Origin: Isurus oxyrinchus
Taxonomy: Eukaryota
Reading direction: 5' to 3'
Assembly: GCA_026770705.1 (NCBI GenBank)
Contig: JANJGN010000064.1
Coordinates: 1,922,001-1,986,000, forward strand
DNA: 64,000 bases
A program made the translations under genes and the position numbers. The notes beneath the pieces are model-generated. The model did not search any database and was not told the origin of the DNA. It saw nothing but the letters and a program-made list of their open reading frames with translations. Below are positions 11,949 through 25,025 of this stretch, piece after piece (the first letter of the stretch is position 1; each line of letters starts with the position of its first letter).

Positions 11949-13159
11949 ACCTGGCGCAATTGTCCAAGTATGATCATATGGTTTTCAAATAGACCTGGCA
12001 CTGTGTGGATAATTCAGCACTCTTCCTTGCTCATTGATCGCACGCAGTCTGGAATTCTTGTATTTACCCAGTTGAAACATCAGCTTACCAGCGAGCTGTG
12101 ACTGTATGTGTTTTCCCAGAGCTGTTGAATGATGTGACCTTCACAAAGCTGTTCAACAACAGATACGTTCTCCTTCTTCTCAATAATCAAAATAACCTGT
12201 CAAAAACAATCCTTAAGCTGCAAAAACACCCGTTATCAATAGGCTGATATCTATGCAATCTATTTTCTATTTATTTCATGGGATGTGGGCATGCCACTCA
12301 TGACCAGTGCAAGTTGCACATTCACAATTACCTTCGGAAGGATGTTAAATTTAATAAGTATAAGCACTTCAAAAATTGAAGTAAAAATAGTGTTGAAATG
12401 TTATCATATCTCAAGGATGTTGGAATTGAAGCGTATGGATTTCATGGTGAATTAGATGGAAGGTGCTCACAGTGGGACAAACTCACGACGGGGGCTTCAA
12501 AGAGAAATTATCAAATGCCTGTTGAAATTTACATTTGGTACTATCATTCGGGGGAGTTTCAATGTCAGGGACCTGAAATATATTTCCACATGGCCCTCAA
12601 TCGATTGCATGAGGTGATCAGAGCAAGTTGGGAAAGGGGATAAAAACAGGCCAACTGCCGCTGTGATTGATGTATTCATCTGATTAACATTCATACGAAG
12701 GCGCTGCTTCACAGGCCGCAGAACAACTTTGTGGGGGGAGCTCACTCTTGTTTTGCCTCGCTTTTACCCTCTTCTGGCTGCCTTCATAACGAAGCGTTCG
12801 AAATTGTTTGGAATTACAGAGGGGTGGCATTGATTTCTAAGCCAAGGAAGTTATGTGTCACCATTCAACGGTGCACAGTTATAATGCAAAGTTTTCAAAT
12901 CAGCTTCAATGTTTTGCTGCAAACATCACTAGGAGTTGTTTATCAGGCTGTTTGGCGAATGGTGAACATACATTTAAAACAGCGCCCAAGCACTGACATG
13001 AATCCTGAAAACATCAGCTTGTATGGTGTTGGGGAGATGGATTTGTACCAATCAGATTTCTCTTCTGGAAAAAATACCCATGCATGATCAGCCGTGCTTT
13101 TCGTGATACACCGTAATTATTTGGACGTCCATATAAGGGAAACATCAGGGATTTTTCAA

Positions 13160-13500
13160 GCAATGTGAAAGTTGGCTTTGTTTGATAGTGAGGAGGTTTG
13201 ATAGCGGGAAGTTGTTAATTGACTGGTTAGATGGACAGAAAAATGCCAAATGGAATTGAACGCGGAGGAGAGCGATGTAATGCAGCTCAAACAAGTCGCA
13301 GGGATTACACAATTAATTAATCGAATATTAGGAGGTGTAGAGGAAGTGAAGGACATTGGAGTGAATCTCCACAAATCCTTGAATGTTACAAGACAGGACG
13401 ATAAGGTGTTTAAGAAGTCATGTGGAATCCATTCGTTTATAAGCCAAGGCTTAGAACATACTTGCAGGGAGGTTATGCTGGAACTGTGTCAATCATTCGT
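13160..13500 (+). mobile_element. CR1 LINE fragment
   Basis: ORF 13250..13543 (ILGGVEEVKDIGVNLHKSLNVTRQDDKVFKKSCG..ISQGLE..EVMLELCQS) is degraded CR1 ORF2. Confidence 0.7.
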
Positions 13501-16500
13501 TAGGAAATCGATGGTGGAAGTCCAGCATGATGAACGTGGATAGCCTGTGCCATCTGCCGCTATAGCTAATTCTCGTCATCCTAAATTCAGCAGTGACCTT
13601 CATCAATTTTCCACACTGCGAGCTCTGAACAAAGATCAAAAATCACTTTTAACGGATCCACACAATTAAGTGTTGAAGTCCACTCAGCTGAACAACACAG
13701 CAGAATCTTGAATGTATCTGTTGCATTTCACAAAATAGCACCCTCGCCCCCCACCCCTCCCCTTGCTAAGGCGTTTGAAAGGAGCGTTATATATCAAGAT
13801 TTAAAACCACGTTTCACAAGGAGGTATTTGGGGAAATGCGCAGTTGTCCGCTCAAATAGTTAGATTTGAACGAGTATTTGAAAGAATAAGAGAGAGGTAA
13901 TGGAGGAGAGAGGTTAAGGGAGAGATTTCCAGGTGTCATGGAAGCACAATAGTTCTCATAACATTATCATAATTTATTGTAAAAGTCGCTCATAATACGG
14001 TTTGATTAGTTTTCCTGTGTGTGTATGAGATTAACTTGAATAGGAGCCAGCTGGTCTGGAGGCTTTGACTCATCAAAAGACGCCAGATTTGAAATGAAAA
14101 TTGTGAAAATGTGGCTGAATTCTTAGAATGTGACGTGAGGAGAATTTGCAGTTTTAAATCAGTTAGGGTAGCTTGAATTTCAAAGAGATCGTAGCCTGTT
14201 ACATATAGCCACCGAAGGTAGACTTGTTTTTTTTTTTTTTCCCCATTAGTTCCTGATAATATTCGCACCATGGAATGATTCATATTATGAGAAATGTGAA
14301 GTTCCAATGACATATGGGAACAACGGGGCTTACATTAAAAGGGACAAACATTTATAAAGGAGAATTTTGCTAGGGTGAGGCATTCTATGACCGGCTGGAA
14401 GTGCAAACAGCCTTCAATATTTGTGCATCAAACCTACTGTCTACACAGACCGACGGTTGGGAAAGCCACTTTGAATACTTCTGCCCGGGGTATTGTGTCG
14501 ACTTTCTGGGATCTGATTAAATATACTGGTTTTTACTGATGCCTTAACGGGGCTGTAAGTGGAAGCCAAATTAATTAGGGGTTTTAGGAGTTACCATAGT
14601 AGTGATTTGTAGACCTGTGTTATGCATGGAATCTTGTTACATGTATTACTTGTTCGGTACAAAACATCAGGCATTTACCTGGAACCATTTGATCATCGTC
14701 TTCACGTCTTCAGCGATTTTCTAATCTCCCAGTCAACGCAGAAATTAAAATCCTGATTTATCAAATCCTGCAGTTCAGAAGGAGGCCTGTCGGCCCATCT
14801 ACTCTGTGCCTGTTCTTGGAAGGAGCTGTCAATTATATTCCACAACCCAGGTTCCTCCATCACACTGCAAATTACTTCTCTTTGAATCTAGATTCAATAT
14901 GATTCCACCATCTTTTCAGACAGTAAGGCAAAGCAGAACGATTGCTGGAACTATTAAACAAAAACATCCTGGAGATACTCAGCCGATCAGGGAACACCTG
15001 TGGAGGCAACAGAGTGAACTGTTCAGGTCGATGACTTTTCATCAGAGTTGAAGAAAGATATAAATATATTAAATGTTAATCATGTGGAGAGGTGGAAGGG
15101 TCGGGATGTACAAAGCGAATATCTGTGAGAGTGGAGGGCAGGAGGGAAAAGGGTTCTTGATGCAAAAACCACAGATAGTTGTAATGGGCATGGTAAAGAA
15201 ACAAAAGATATGGCCACATGGGGCTGTGAATGGCTGCATAGCAACCGTCCGAAAGTAACATGAAGAAATAAAGATAGGAAAGTGATAAAACTAAATCAGT
15301 AAAACCCAGCAAAACATCACATGGAGGCAGATGTTATGAAGTTTACATCAAAATAACAAAGCCCGAAAAAAGCATTTTCGTTTCTATGCCAATATTATGA
15401 AGCCCGAATGGACCAATATTACCTTTGGAGGTGTTTACTTAAGGAAGCACTTTGATTTATTACGGGTTTTGCAGAGCAAGGGAAGAGGTTGACTGGTCTA
15501 TGTTACCACACGTTATGCAGGAAAGAATGGGGAGGGGCGCATGGTGGATCTTTTTAATCATGCTCCCCGGCTTGCAGATCGATTTAGAAACCTACACTTA
15601 GTGATTCACGCAATTAAAACGTTACTCCGAATGAGCTGTCTTCATTTCAAGGGGATGATATTACACATTGCTACAACAAACACCATTAGAAATAATTTAC
15701 CCACTCGTGAAAACCATTCCTGTGACTTTAGAGCTTCCCACTACAATTTCTGCAACTTAATAGCTCCCTGAAATAAACACACTCTTCAAAGCTTTGAAGG
15801 TCTAATGCACATACCAGAATAACAACAATCCTGATACACAAGCCACTGGTTAGGAGCGAATAGTTGATGCAAGTTGGAAGATTTGTGAAATCAAGCCAAA
15901 GGGAGGCTGCCGGTCTTTCTGTCAGGGAAACGCGTTGTAGGGGGTGAAATCCAAAGAAGGAAATGGAAAAAATAGACGCTGTAATGACTCTAGTTAGACA
16001 GCTATGGGAAATATGGTCAATGGAGGCCGGATACCCGAGTCTCAGAATGGTGTAATTGAGGCAGCAGATCACCCAGTAAGTTCGTGAATTATAGAGAAGT
16101 AGAAGTACATTATAAAACCGCCTGATATTTCTTATGTTCCTCCAGTCCGTTCTGTGCTGGTTCTCTGAAGGGGACATTCACCTCGTGTCAATCCCTCGAA
16201 GTTCCCTGCAACTTTGTTTCGTTTTCAGGGCTTCTATCTGTTTCTAATATCTTGAGAAAAGAAGAATGAAGGGTAGATTGATCGAGGTTTCTATCTTGTT
16301 ATACTCTAGTGTTAGATTAAATAGCGAGAAGCTGCTTCAATTTGCGCCATCATGCAGCACCATCACAGATAAAGAATTCCTAATGCATTTGCGGCCCCAA
16401 AATCATGTTCACAGCAAAATATTAGGATGCAATTCGCAATATTCCATTACAAAACTCGCTTCTAGCTTGTATGCCACTCCGTCTGTTACATAGATCTGCA

Positions 16501-18252
16501 AATTTAAGACAATCTATTGGAATGAGTGGCACCTCGGATATGACAGCCTGGAAGTTCAGATCTTAAAATGATTGTTTGCGCATGTGCATTGGCGATTAGT
16601 GAGCTCTGTACCTGTAGATCGAAATCCTTTTGCTTCTCTACGGTCCCCGGTTTCTCACCACCTAGAAAAAACGCCGATTGCTCGCTGGATTCCTGAATGA
16701 TCTGCTCCTTGTGTACTCTCCACATCCTTAATGACTGTCTCTACATCGACTGTTCAGCTGGAGGCACTAAAATCATTTGCTTCTATGTGCTTTACAAGCG
16801 TCGTACAAGAGGGTAATAATTTCTTGCTAATTACATTAAACCACGTCCGAATGGAACAAAAAACCTTTATTGCAAAATGTACTTCATAGCCCAGATAATT
16901 GTCGGCGACACATAATTCACGAACTGAGTTACGAACGCATTCGCCGTACAACATTTTGGAATTAAATTTATCTCGGTTTCCCTTCTTATGAAGAACACTC
17001 AGCACAGCGCAAATACTAGCGGAAAGCAGTGAGAACTCTCCAAAGAGTTGCCTTCTCTTCTGTCAAGCGGTGCTGCGAGACGACTGACCCTGAGATCAAC
17101 GCATACATGACGACTGTAGTTGGATTATTTTTCGTGCTGTTTAGTTGTTACCATATTTGCTATAAACACAACAAATCTCTTACTGAAATCCAGGTAGAAA
17201 GATCTTCCAGTTCCCTCTCCTTGCAACTCCGCCGAATGCTCGGAGTGAATTGAAAATCCAACGCAGAGTCGGTGGACCCAGTTGATTTTACGCTGAATCG
17301 CTGGTCACTAATTTAGTTAACGTCCCGAAATGCCCTTTCAACTTCAATGGTTGGTGCAGCCATTTCTCCAGCGCCCTCGGCTCCTGTATCTCATTTAGCG
17401 TTGACTAGTGTACATTATATCGCATTTCCACGCTCTCCCTGAAATAATGTACAGCTTCACTCTTCTCCGCATTAAATTTCACTTCATGGCATCTGTCTCT
17501 TCAGCCTACCTCTGTCCTCTGGAAGTTTATGATTATGCTCCTCTGAATTTCACAACACTTCTGAGTTTTGTGTCATCCACAAATTATGAAATGATGCCCT
17601 CCACGTTGACGCCTCCGTCCTATGTTGGAGAAAATCAGCATTGATTATACTGCTGATGGCTGGAGAATCCCATTATATAGCAAATCACCGCAGCTCTTTG
17701 TTTCCTATCATTCAGCGGACCTGGTGCCCATGCTCCACTGACTGCCTTCTTCCCAAAACAATCAAGTTAACTGAATGCATTCTACTTATAACACATTGAG
17801 ATATGTTTTCCTTGAAGAATCCGCACTTATCTATGTGGTAATACATTTTGTCTCTTGATATCATTTCCAAAAGCTCTTCAACCACTTGAGGTTAAACTGG
17901 TGCGTGTGTGATTTACAAAATAATAATTAGTTACATTTTGTGAACAATGCTATAATAATTGTAATTCTACAATCCTCTAGCATCATCCGTTATAACTAAG
18001 CAGGATTGGAAATTTGCAGCCCAATGCCCTCCACAATTTCCAAACTTATTTTCCTCATCACCTTGCCCCTAAACCAATCCTGTGAATTATCAACATTTAA
18101 TTAAAACCAGTTCCTGTTTTCACAACTTTTTTATTTATATCCATAGAGAAAAAAACTGCTAGACTATTCTCCCAGTCGCTCTTTTCTACCTGTATTTATT
18201 CTTCACTTCCCCAATGAATTTTCTATTATTTTCCATGGTTTTCACTTGCGGT

Positions 18253-19245
18253 GTAGTGTCCTCAGGGTCATGTGCTCGGCCAAACCATCATCAGTTGTTT
18301 CAACAATGATCTTCCGTCCATCATAAGGTCAGAAGTGGAGATGTTCGCTGATGATTGCAAAATTTTCAGCACCATTCCTGACTCCTCGGATACTGAAGCA
18401 GTCCATGGCCAAATGCAACAAGACCTGGACAATATCCAAGCTTGGGCTGACAAATGGAAAGTAACATTTACAGCACATAAGTGACAGATGATGATAATCT
18501 CCACCAAGAGATAATCTAACCATCGCCCCTTGACATCCGACTGCACTTCAGTGAATCCCCAGAATCAACAATCTAGGGTTAACATTGACCAGAAACTGAA
18601 CTGGACTAGCTATATAAATACTGTGCCTACAAGAGCGGGTCAGAGGCTGTGGATCCAGAGACGAGTAACTCACTCCATGCCTCCTGAGAGCCTGTCTGTA
18701 ATCTACAAGGCACAAGTCAGAAGTATGATGGGACAATACCCACTTGACTGGATGAGTGCATATCCCACAACACTCAAGTAATTTGACACGGTCCAGTTCC
18801 ACGCAGCCTGCTTGAGAGACAACACACACACGCATTCACTCCCTCCGCCACTGACGGATGACATAAGCAGTGTCTACCATCTACAGGATGCACTGCAAGG
18901 ATTCAGCAAGGCTCCTGAAGGCAGCAACTTCCAAACCCACGACCACTACCATCTAGAAGGAGAAGGGCAGCAGATAAATGGAAGCACCTCCAATGGAAGC
19001 AATTCCACCTGGACGTTCCGGTCCAAGTCACTCACCATCCTGACTCGGAAATATATTGCATTTCCTTGACTGTCACGTGGTCAGAATCCTGCAGCTCCAT
19101 CCCTAACAGAACTGTGCGTGTACCTACACCACAGGAAGTGCGGCGTATCATGAAGGGAGCACACAATCAACTGCTCATTGACAATTAGGTTGGGCAATAT
19201 AGGCTGGCCCAGCCAGCTAGCCCTTATCACGTGGAGGAATAAAAA
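18253..19245 (+). mobile_element. CR1/L3-like LINE 3' half (RT plus tail shared with the SINE)
   Basis: PQGHVLG..NDLPSIIRSEVEMFADDCKIF..QQDLDNIQAWADKW RT motifs. It ends in a GGGCAATA..GCTGGCCCAGCCAG tail. Further copies at ~27700-28070 (+), ~38170-38400 (-) and ~51620-52278 (+). Confidence 0.85.
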
Positions 19246-19469
19246 GCAAACAATCTGACAGCCTTTACTTCTATTATTCCTCTTGATACATATTTCCTCG
19301 TCGAAAATCTTTGGTTTTGTCTGGCCATATTTTCCCAATCGTGGCAAGGAACCAGGACTTGACCCAGACAATCTCTTTAAAGGCAGTCACTTCGGCTTTC
19401 TGAAAATATTTCATTTCAATTCGCTTGGGCCAGAATAGGGAAAAAAGTGTGTTAGCATCAGTTTGTCTT

Positions 19470-19515
19470 TGTGTTTGTGTGTGTGTTTGTGTGTGTGTGA
19501 GAGAGAGAGAGAGAC
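19470..19515. repeat. (GT)n(GA)n microsatellite
   Basis: Directly visible dinucleotide run. Confidence 0.9.
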
Positions 19516-19680
19516 GGGTTGTAGGGGCGCGAGGATGTTGGGTGTTGAGAGGGAGAGTCACATAGAGAGCCAGAGGGAGAAAAATGGAAAGAGAGAGATA
19601 GAGGGATATCGAGGGAGAGAGAGCTGGAGAAGAGACAGAGGTTAATGCAGAGATGTTTGCTTTTCATTTTATCCATTCAC

Positions 19681-20330
19681 CCGTGACACTAGAAGTGGCT
19701 TGGCCCTGTGGAGTGAGAAGCGGATAACCCGGAGAATATTGGTTGATGCCTGTGACTCATTCAGTTCAACATCAAACTGTGCTCCTTCATAAAATGAAAG
19801 CAGATAAAATTCTGGGGTCATGTCAGTAAAAATCACTTTGGCAGATGAATAAACAGAACTCCTGGAGCAAGAATAAGATGGCGGCAATAGATGAAGTGTC
19901 ATCGTATCTTTTTGAATAGTTAGAAACATAAATCATGCCCCCAACTTCCTCACCAGAGCTGTAATAAGGGTTGTTTGTGAGGTTATTGTCATCTCTGCCC
20001 GCTGTTGAATAACTTATATTTGCAGCGTTATCACAGGAAGATATCACGACCATCCATAACTCAGGCGACTCTGGAGCACCCCTGCCGATACCTTATGCTA
20101 TTGTGAGTCTATGATCTGCCAGTAAATTCTTAATCAGGAGCTATCTGACGCTAAGTGCGTTACCAGCAGTCGATGGAGTGGAGCTAGAATAGTCTTTGTT
20201 AAATCTGCTGCTGTTATATAGTTGGCAGATGGAGCTACTGGTCAGCACTGAGATGATGGAGCTCTTTTCGCATCTCCTGACTCTGGGATCTCCCGCAATT
20301 CTCTAAGCTGGAGTGGCCTGAGATTTAAAT
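19681..20330 (-). pseudogene. degraded exon resembling tandem SEA domains (mucin-like)
   Basis: Bounded by TTTCTGTAAG acceptor and GTGAAT donor. One frame reads ..ICQLYNSSRFNKDYSSS..LSVR*LLIKN..GMIYVSNYSKRYDDTSS..FLLQEFC..FY*HDPRILSAF..STV, with several stops. The SEA assignment is by eye. Confidence 0.35.
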
Positions 20331-20507
20331 CTTACAGAAAATAAAGTTTTCAAAGCAGGCCGGTCAACTGAGTACAGGCCTAGCTTAATCAGTCCCTCTT
20401 TGCACAAAATCATCTCCTCCCATGAACCAGTCTAATGATGATGCATTGTCCTTTCTGTGAGGGAAAGCTGCCCTTCCTTAGGTAAGGAGACAGAAATCCT
20501 GGCAGGT

Positions 20508-21373
20508 TGGATCTCTATGTTATTCTGGAAGTCAGGGACCAGAAGGAAGTTCAGGACCGAGAATCGTCCTATGAACATGCACTGTTCTGCCTACAGTATG
20601 AAATACTGCACCAAGATACTGCTCCAATTAAGCAGAAATGACAAGGTTCGGACCAGGAACCCGGAAAGACCGGGCATCATATCCTGGGGAGAAGAAGATG
20701 AAACTAGATAATTACTGTTATATACTCCAGAAGGTACAATGCGCCGGAACAGGATTCTCCTCCTCAACCATTGAGGAGAACCTCCTACCATACTTTTAAA
20801 CTAATCAGGTACAATCAAGTGGATTTACCTGCATCACATTAATTGATGCAGTTCAATAAAGCAGCTCAGCACCACCTTATCAAGGGCAATTGGTGATGGG
20901 TAATACACAGTGGCCTAGGCAGACGGCTGCCACATCCCATGAATGTATAAAACAATGTGCCAGAGACAAAGGATACTCTGATTTTTCAACTCCAAACCAA
21001 CAAACCTGGCGCAAAACAACTGGGCTTATAACACTCCAGATGTGACCAGAATGGGATCTGGAAGAATTGTCAGGTCTCCTGACTGTCTGAACCTATAAAG
21101 TCATCGGCTTGAACAAGGAGAAAGTGCAGCTGTAAAAAATATTGTACTCCAATTCTGTTGGGTTAAGTGTGGAGAGAAAGGTACTGCGAGTATGTTTGGC
21201 ATAGCAAGAGTTAATGTGAGGCTGGAAAGCAGTACTGCTCACAGCGTGATAGAAAGAGTGACATGACAGTATGCCTAAGATAGACAGGTTAGAGCATGGG
21301 ACAGGCATGGTCAGGAGACCTGAGTAGATTTCAGCGTGGAGATAGCTCTTAGTCTGGGCTACAGTTTGTACAG
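20508..21373 (+). mobile_element. Gypsy integrase C-terminus plus 3' LTR (inverted piece of the element at 21746-23275)
   Basis: LLQLSRNDKVR..TPEGTMRRNR..GSGRIVRSPDCLNL*. The LTR-like segment ~21185-21370 is the reverse complement of ~23090-23270. Confidence 0.75.
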
Positions 21374-21384
21374 AACCACACAGA

Positions 21385-21440
21385 AACACACACACATGCA
21401 AGTAAGCGCACATACACACGCGCACACACACACACACATG
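21385..21440. repeat. (CA)n microsatellite, imperfect
   Basis: Directly visible. Confidence 0.85.
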
Positions 21441-21745
21441 CACAGTTGCAGTTATGTGTTGCCAACAAACGGTTATTGTTCAACATTGCAAGCGTCTGAA
21501 CACCTACTGAAAAGAACTCTTACAGCACAAGGAATCCAAGTTAACTGACGATGAAAAATGGCGGGAAAGTGCGTATTGGAGATAATGCAGAAAATTTGCT
21601 GAGAGATGGATGGGCTGAGTGTATGGGAAAGAACAGGGCAGGTGGAATACAATATGCCAAAACGTAAACAGTTTCAGATTGGTAACAGAAACTAGGAGAA
21701 ATAAGTTCTACTAAGATCATGCGGTACATTGTTCTGCTCCTACCT

Positions 21746-23275
21746 GTTGCACTGAAGCAAGTTTGATCTCAATGTTCAAAGCGTCTATGGGAGATACTTT
21801 CTATATCTCACAAGGAGGTTTAACGGTGCGCCGCCTCTTTCCGCCTCACCATTTGATTGTGGGAAATTTGGGGAGCAGTTAAGTTGTTGAAATCCGTAAT
21901 GGATGGGAACTGAGTGAAGTCTTCACTAGTGAATTGCGGGCCGTTATCGGAAGCACGAGGTCCAGGAGGCCAATGGGCTCTCCAGGTTGTTGGACTTGTT
22001 GTTGACCTTTCCTCAGGATAAATTTATAATCCTTCTTAAGTTAAAATAGGTATCGAAAGATTTCAGAACAGCTTCAAATTTACCCGGAGATTCATGTATT
22101 CCTTGGCTCACAATGACGTCATCGGTTATCGGACCTTCTGATTATAACAGTGTTTTCAGTTCTTCAGTCTGTGTCTCCTTATCTAACCCTAAAGCTATCG
22201 TAAATCTTTTAAAAATGTCCGCCAATGCCACCAATTCTGTGCCTGATTTGCTCCTTGGGTCAGCAAAGATCGACCTGGCAGATCTGATTTATTATCCATG
22301 GCTGTTTTTCTTTCAGCAGAAGGGTTTTCTGATTTAATTGCTGTTGCACTTTTAAAGATGGCTCTGCAGTAACCGTTTAGTTCACTTCATCCCGCGCTTT
22401 TGGGTTTTGGCGGGCTCCAGTGGCGATGTCGCACCCAACCTCAAAATGATCTATTTTCTTTGCAGCAAGGTATTGAATCGAACGTTTGGGTCTTCTCGCG
22501 AATTTCCGAGAGTATAGTATTCAATTGATCAAAGATGTTTTCCGGCTTTCACTGAGGCATCAAACGTTTTTATTTCAACAGTTCTAGGCCGCTGACTCTG
22601 GACTTTGGCTGGGCACGGTGACTGAGGAAGTAGACTGTACTGTCTGATTAATGCCCTCAAGATTTTAAATACCCGTTCGGCTTTTGTACCGATTTTTGAA
22701 ATATTATTAGCTTGCTCACCATTGCGATCTGCCTAGATTATTTGACTCTGTATTGGATGGGGATTCACAATGTCTGCGACGTGCTCTGCTGGAGTCCTTC
22801 AGCTACACAGTGGAATTCTCTTCCGCCCTTGAACCTCCAGTTCTGTAATGGGGTTTCTTCTTAGGCGATCTCCAGCTGTGCTCTTCAGGTTTGGTGAATT
22901 TGTCAGGTCAGGATATGGTTCCTTTAGTTTTTTAGATTTTGGGGTCTTTCCCCAGCTTGTCTTGAGTTCTTGGTTCGGTCATTATTTGTCACCAATTTGT
23001 AAGGGTTCTGTCCATTGGTCTTACAAAGAAAGTTCAACTGTTGAGCAGTCACTGTTTATTGGTAACACACGCTGATATACATAAGCACCAGTATAGCCCA
23101 GACTAAGAGCTACCTTCATGCCGTTTTCTACACGAGCCTCTAGTTCATGTCTTTCTGATGTCCGAACCTTCCTATCCCAGGTTTATGTTATGTGACTCTT
23201 TATATCACAATGTGATGGTGGTCTTTTCCAGTCTCACATGAACTCTTGCTGTGGGAAACAGCCTGACCCTACACT
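21746..23275 (-). mobile_element. Gypsy element: 5' LTR, leader, gag, internal deletion, integrase core
   Basis: Minus strand: LTR with AATAAA, TGGTGAC PBS-like site, gag (NWWHWRTF..RFTIALGLDK..FDTYFNLRR..QQPGEPI) joined directly to integrase SDNGPQFTSEDF..SPNFPQSNGEAER. Confidence 0.8.
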
Positions 23276-23349
23276 TTGAATTCAGTTCCATCATCTCAGC
23301 CATTACTATAGAATGTACATAGCTGAGCCCGATGTATTCATCCATCCAG

Positions 23350-24600
23350 CACCCTACTAATTATAGCCTGCCAAGGTGAAAATGTCACTTTTCTTCCTAC
23401 TTTCTGTTGTCTGTCCATTTACGGATGCATTTTCCATGCCAGTATTGACGCCAAATCCCATAATTTCTAAGTTTGCGTAAGAACCTCTAAGGATACTTTA
23501 ATGGATGCTTTCTGAAAATCCAAATTTAGTGCATTCAATTGTGTTCCCTTTATCCTCCTCACAATTACATCCTCAAAGACACTGATAAGATTGCCGTAAT
23601 CAATTTCCCCTGCACAAATTGTGTTGAGTTATTGAATAACATTGAGATTTTCCAAGTGTTCTATTAGCACATCCCGAAAAGAAAAGAAAATATCATTTTG
23701 CCCAGCAGTGATGTTAAGCTCATAGGTCCCCGCTTTCTTTCTTGCTCCCTTCCTAACTATCGGGGTTCGTTACCTTCCAATCCTTGGTAACTGTTCTGGA
23801 TTCTAAGTAATTCTGAAAGATCGAGTCCAATACATCTGCTATCTTTGCAGCTACCTCTGCTGTAAAACTCCATGTTGTATGTGGAAAGGTCTAGGAGATT
23901 GCTTGCAACCTAGCCCCAAGAATGTCTCTAGAAATGTTTCTTTTCTGGTACAGATTTACACAAGTTCAATATATTCACTTGATATTTGGTTTCAGGTTTA
24001 TTCTGAATCCTTTTGGAGCCAAATCCCCATTCCCAATCATAATTCCACCTTTCTCTGAGTCCAAAGGGTCAATGTTTACTCTCACGATTATTTTTTTCTC
24101 ATCTGCATAATTTATAGAAATGTTTACAAACTTTTTTTTAAAAGTTAGCAGTTGGTGTAGTATCATATTCGCTTTACTGATTCCTTGTAAATTGTAGATC
24201 CTATTTGGCTGAAATCTAAAAGCTTTCCATTCCTGCGGTTTTTTTACTATGGTATATTTAACCACTCTTGTTCGTAACAGCTGCGCTGTTCTTCTTTTGC
24301 CTTGGGGCTGATACAACTTAAATGTATGTATACGTGTTTAAAATTGTACAATAATTATTTTAATGAGTACCATTGTTTGTCCACAATCATATCTTTAACA
24401 ATGGTGACCCAACCTACATTTGACAGCTCGCATTCAAAAGCTATTTGTTTGCTATTTTGAGAGTCATCATCCGAGATCCAGCGTATAACAAGTCATTTAC
24501 AAAAACAAAATATAAACTTCTACCTTATTATTTTCAGTCTGCCTTAGAAATCGCGTTTTATAAGATTATTAATTAAACCGTCCTCATTGCACACTACTAG
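23350..24600 (-). mobile_element. degraded CR1 LINE ORF2
   Basis: Plus strand GCTTTCTGAAAATCCAAAT is the reverse complement of LDFQKA. ORF 23975..24316 (KKFVNISINYADEKKIIVRVNIDPLDSEKGGIMIGN) is the CR1 linker region. Confidence 0.7.
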
Positions 24601-24799
24601 ATCTAAAAGGGTTCTAATCTAGATCCAGAGTCTTTGTTGAGTCGTTGAAATGCTGATCCACTACATTATCATGTATACGTTGAGGCACATTTCCATTGGG
24701 ATTTCATTCTGGTGATCAATTTCAATGGCAGGCCTTTGGTGGACTGAAATGCTCAACTTTGCCTTTGCCGTTCTGAATTCACTGAAGCGGAAGCGCTTT

Positions 24800-24880
24800 T
24801 TGTTTGTTAAGGGACTGGAACTAACATCAAATGTTATGCAAGCTGCTTTTCTCAACTGGGCACGGATTGTGCTATAAAAG
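24800..24880 (+). promoter_or_regulatory. proximal promoter of GPCR paralog 1 (TTGTTTGTTAAG element and TATAAAAG)
   Basis: TATA box at 24873, 83 bp before the ATG. The 12-mer at 24800 has the same sequence and spacing as in the paralog 2 promoter. Confidence 0.6.
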
Positions 24881-24955
24881 GGATGTCTTAAGGAACTCAG
24901 ATACATTCCAAATTGAACTGCAAAACAGGACAGGAGGCGAAGATTCTTCTAAAGA

Positions 24956-25025
24956 ATGGAACGGCCTATAATTCTACAGATCAAGGATATTTACTATCCT
25001 GCGCTTGTAGCCATTGGTACTCCTG
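24956..25025 (+). CDS. GPR139/GPR142-like GPCR paralog 1, exon 1 (MERPIILQIKDIYYPALVAIGTP)
   Basis: ATG at 24956, 70 nt, phase-1 donor G|GTAAGT. The YYxxLxxxGxP TM1 motif is as in GPR139. Homologous to the exon at 54595. Confidence 0.9.

Noticed and set aside
14000-14641. Possible second solo LTR
   Set aside because: Composition is suggestive, but termini and target-site duplication could not be defined.
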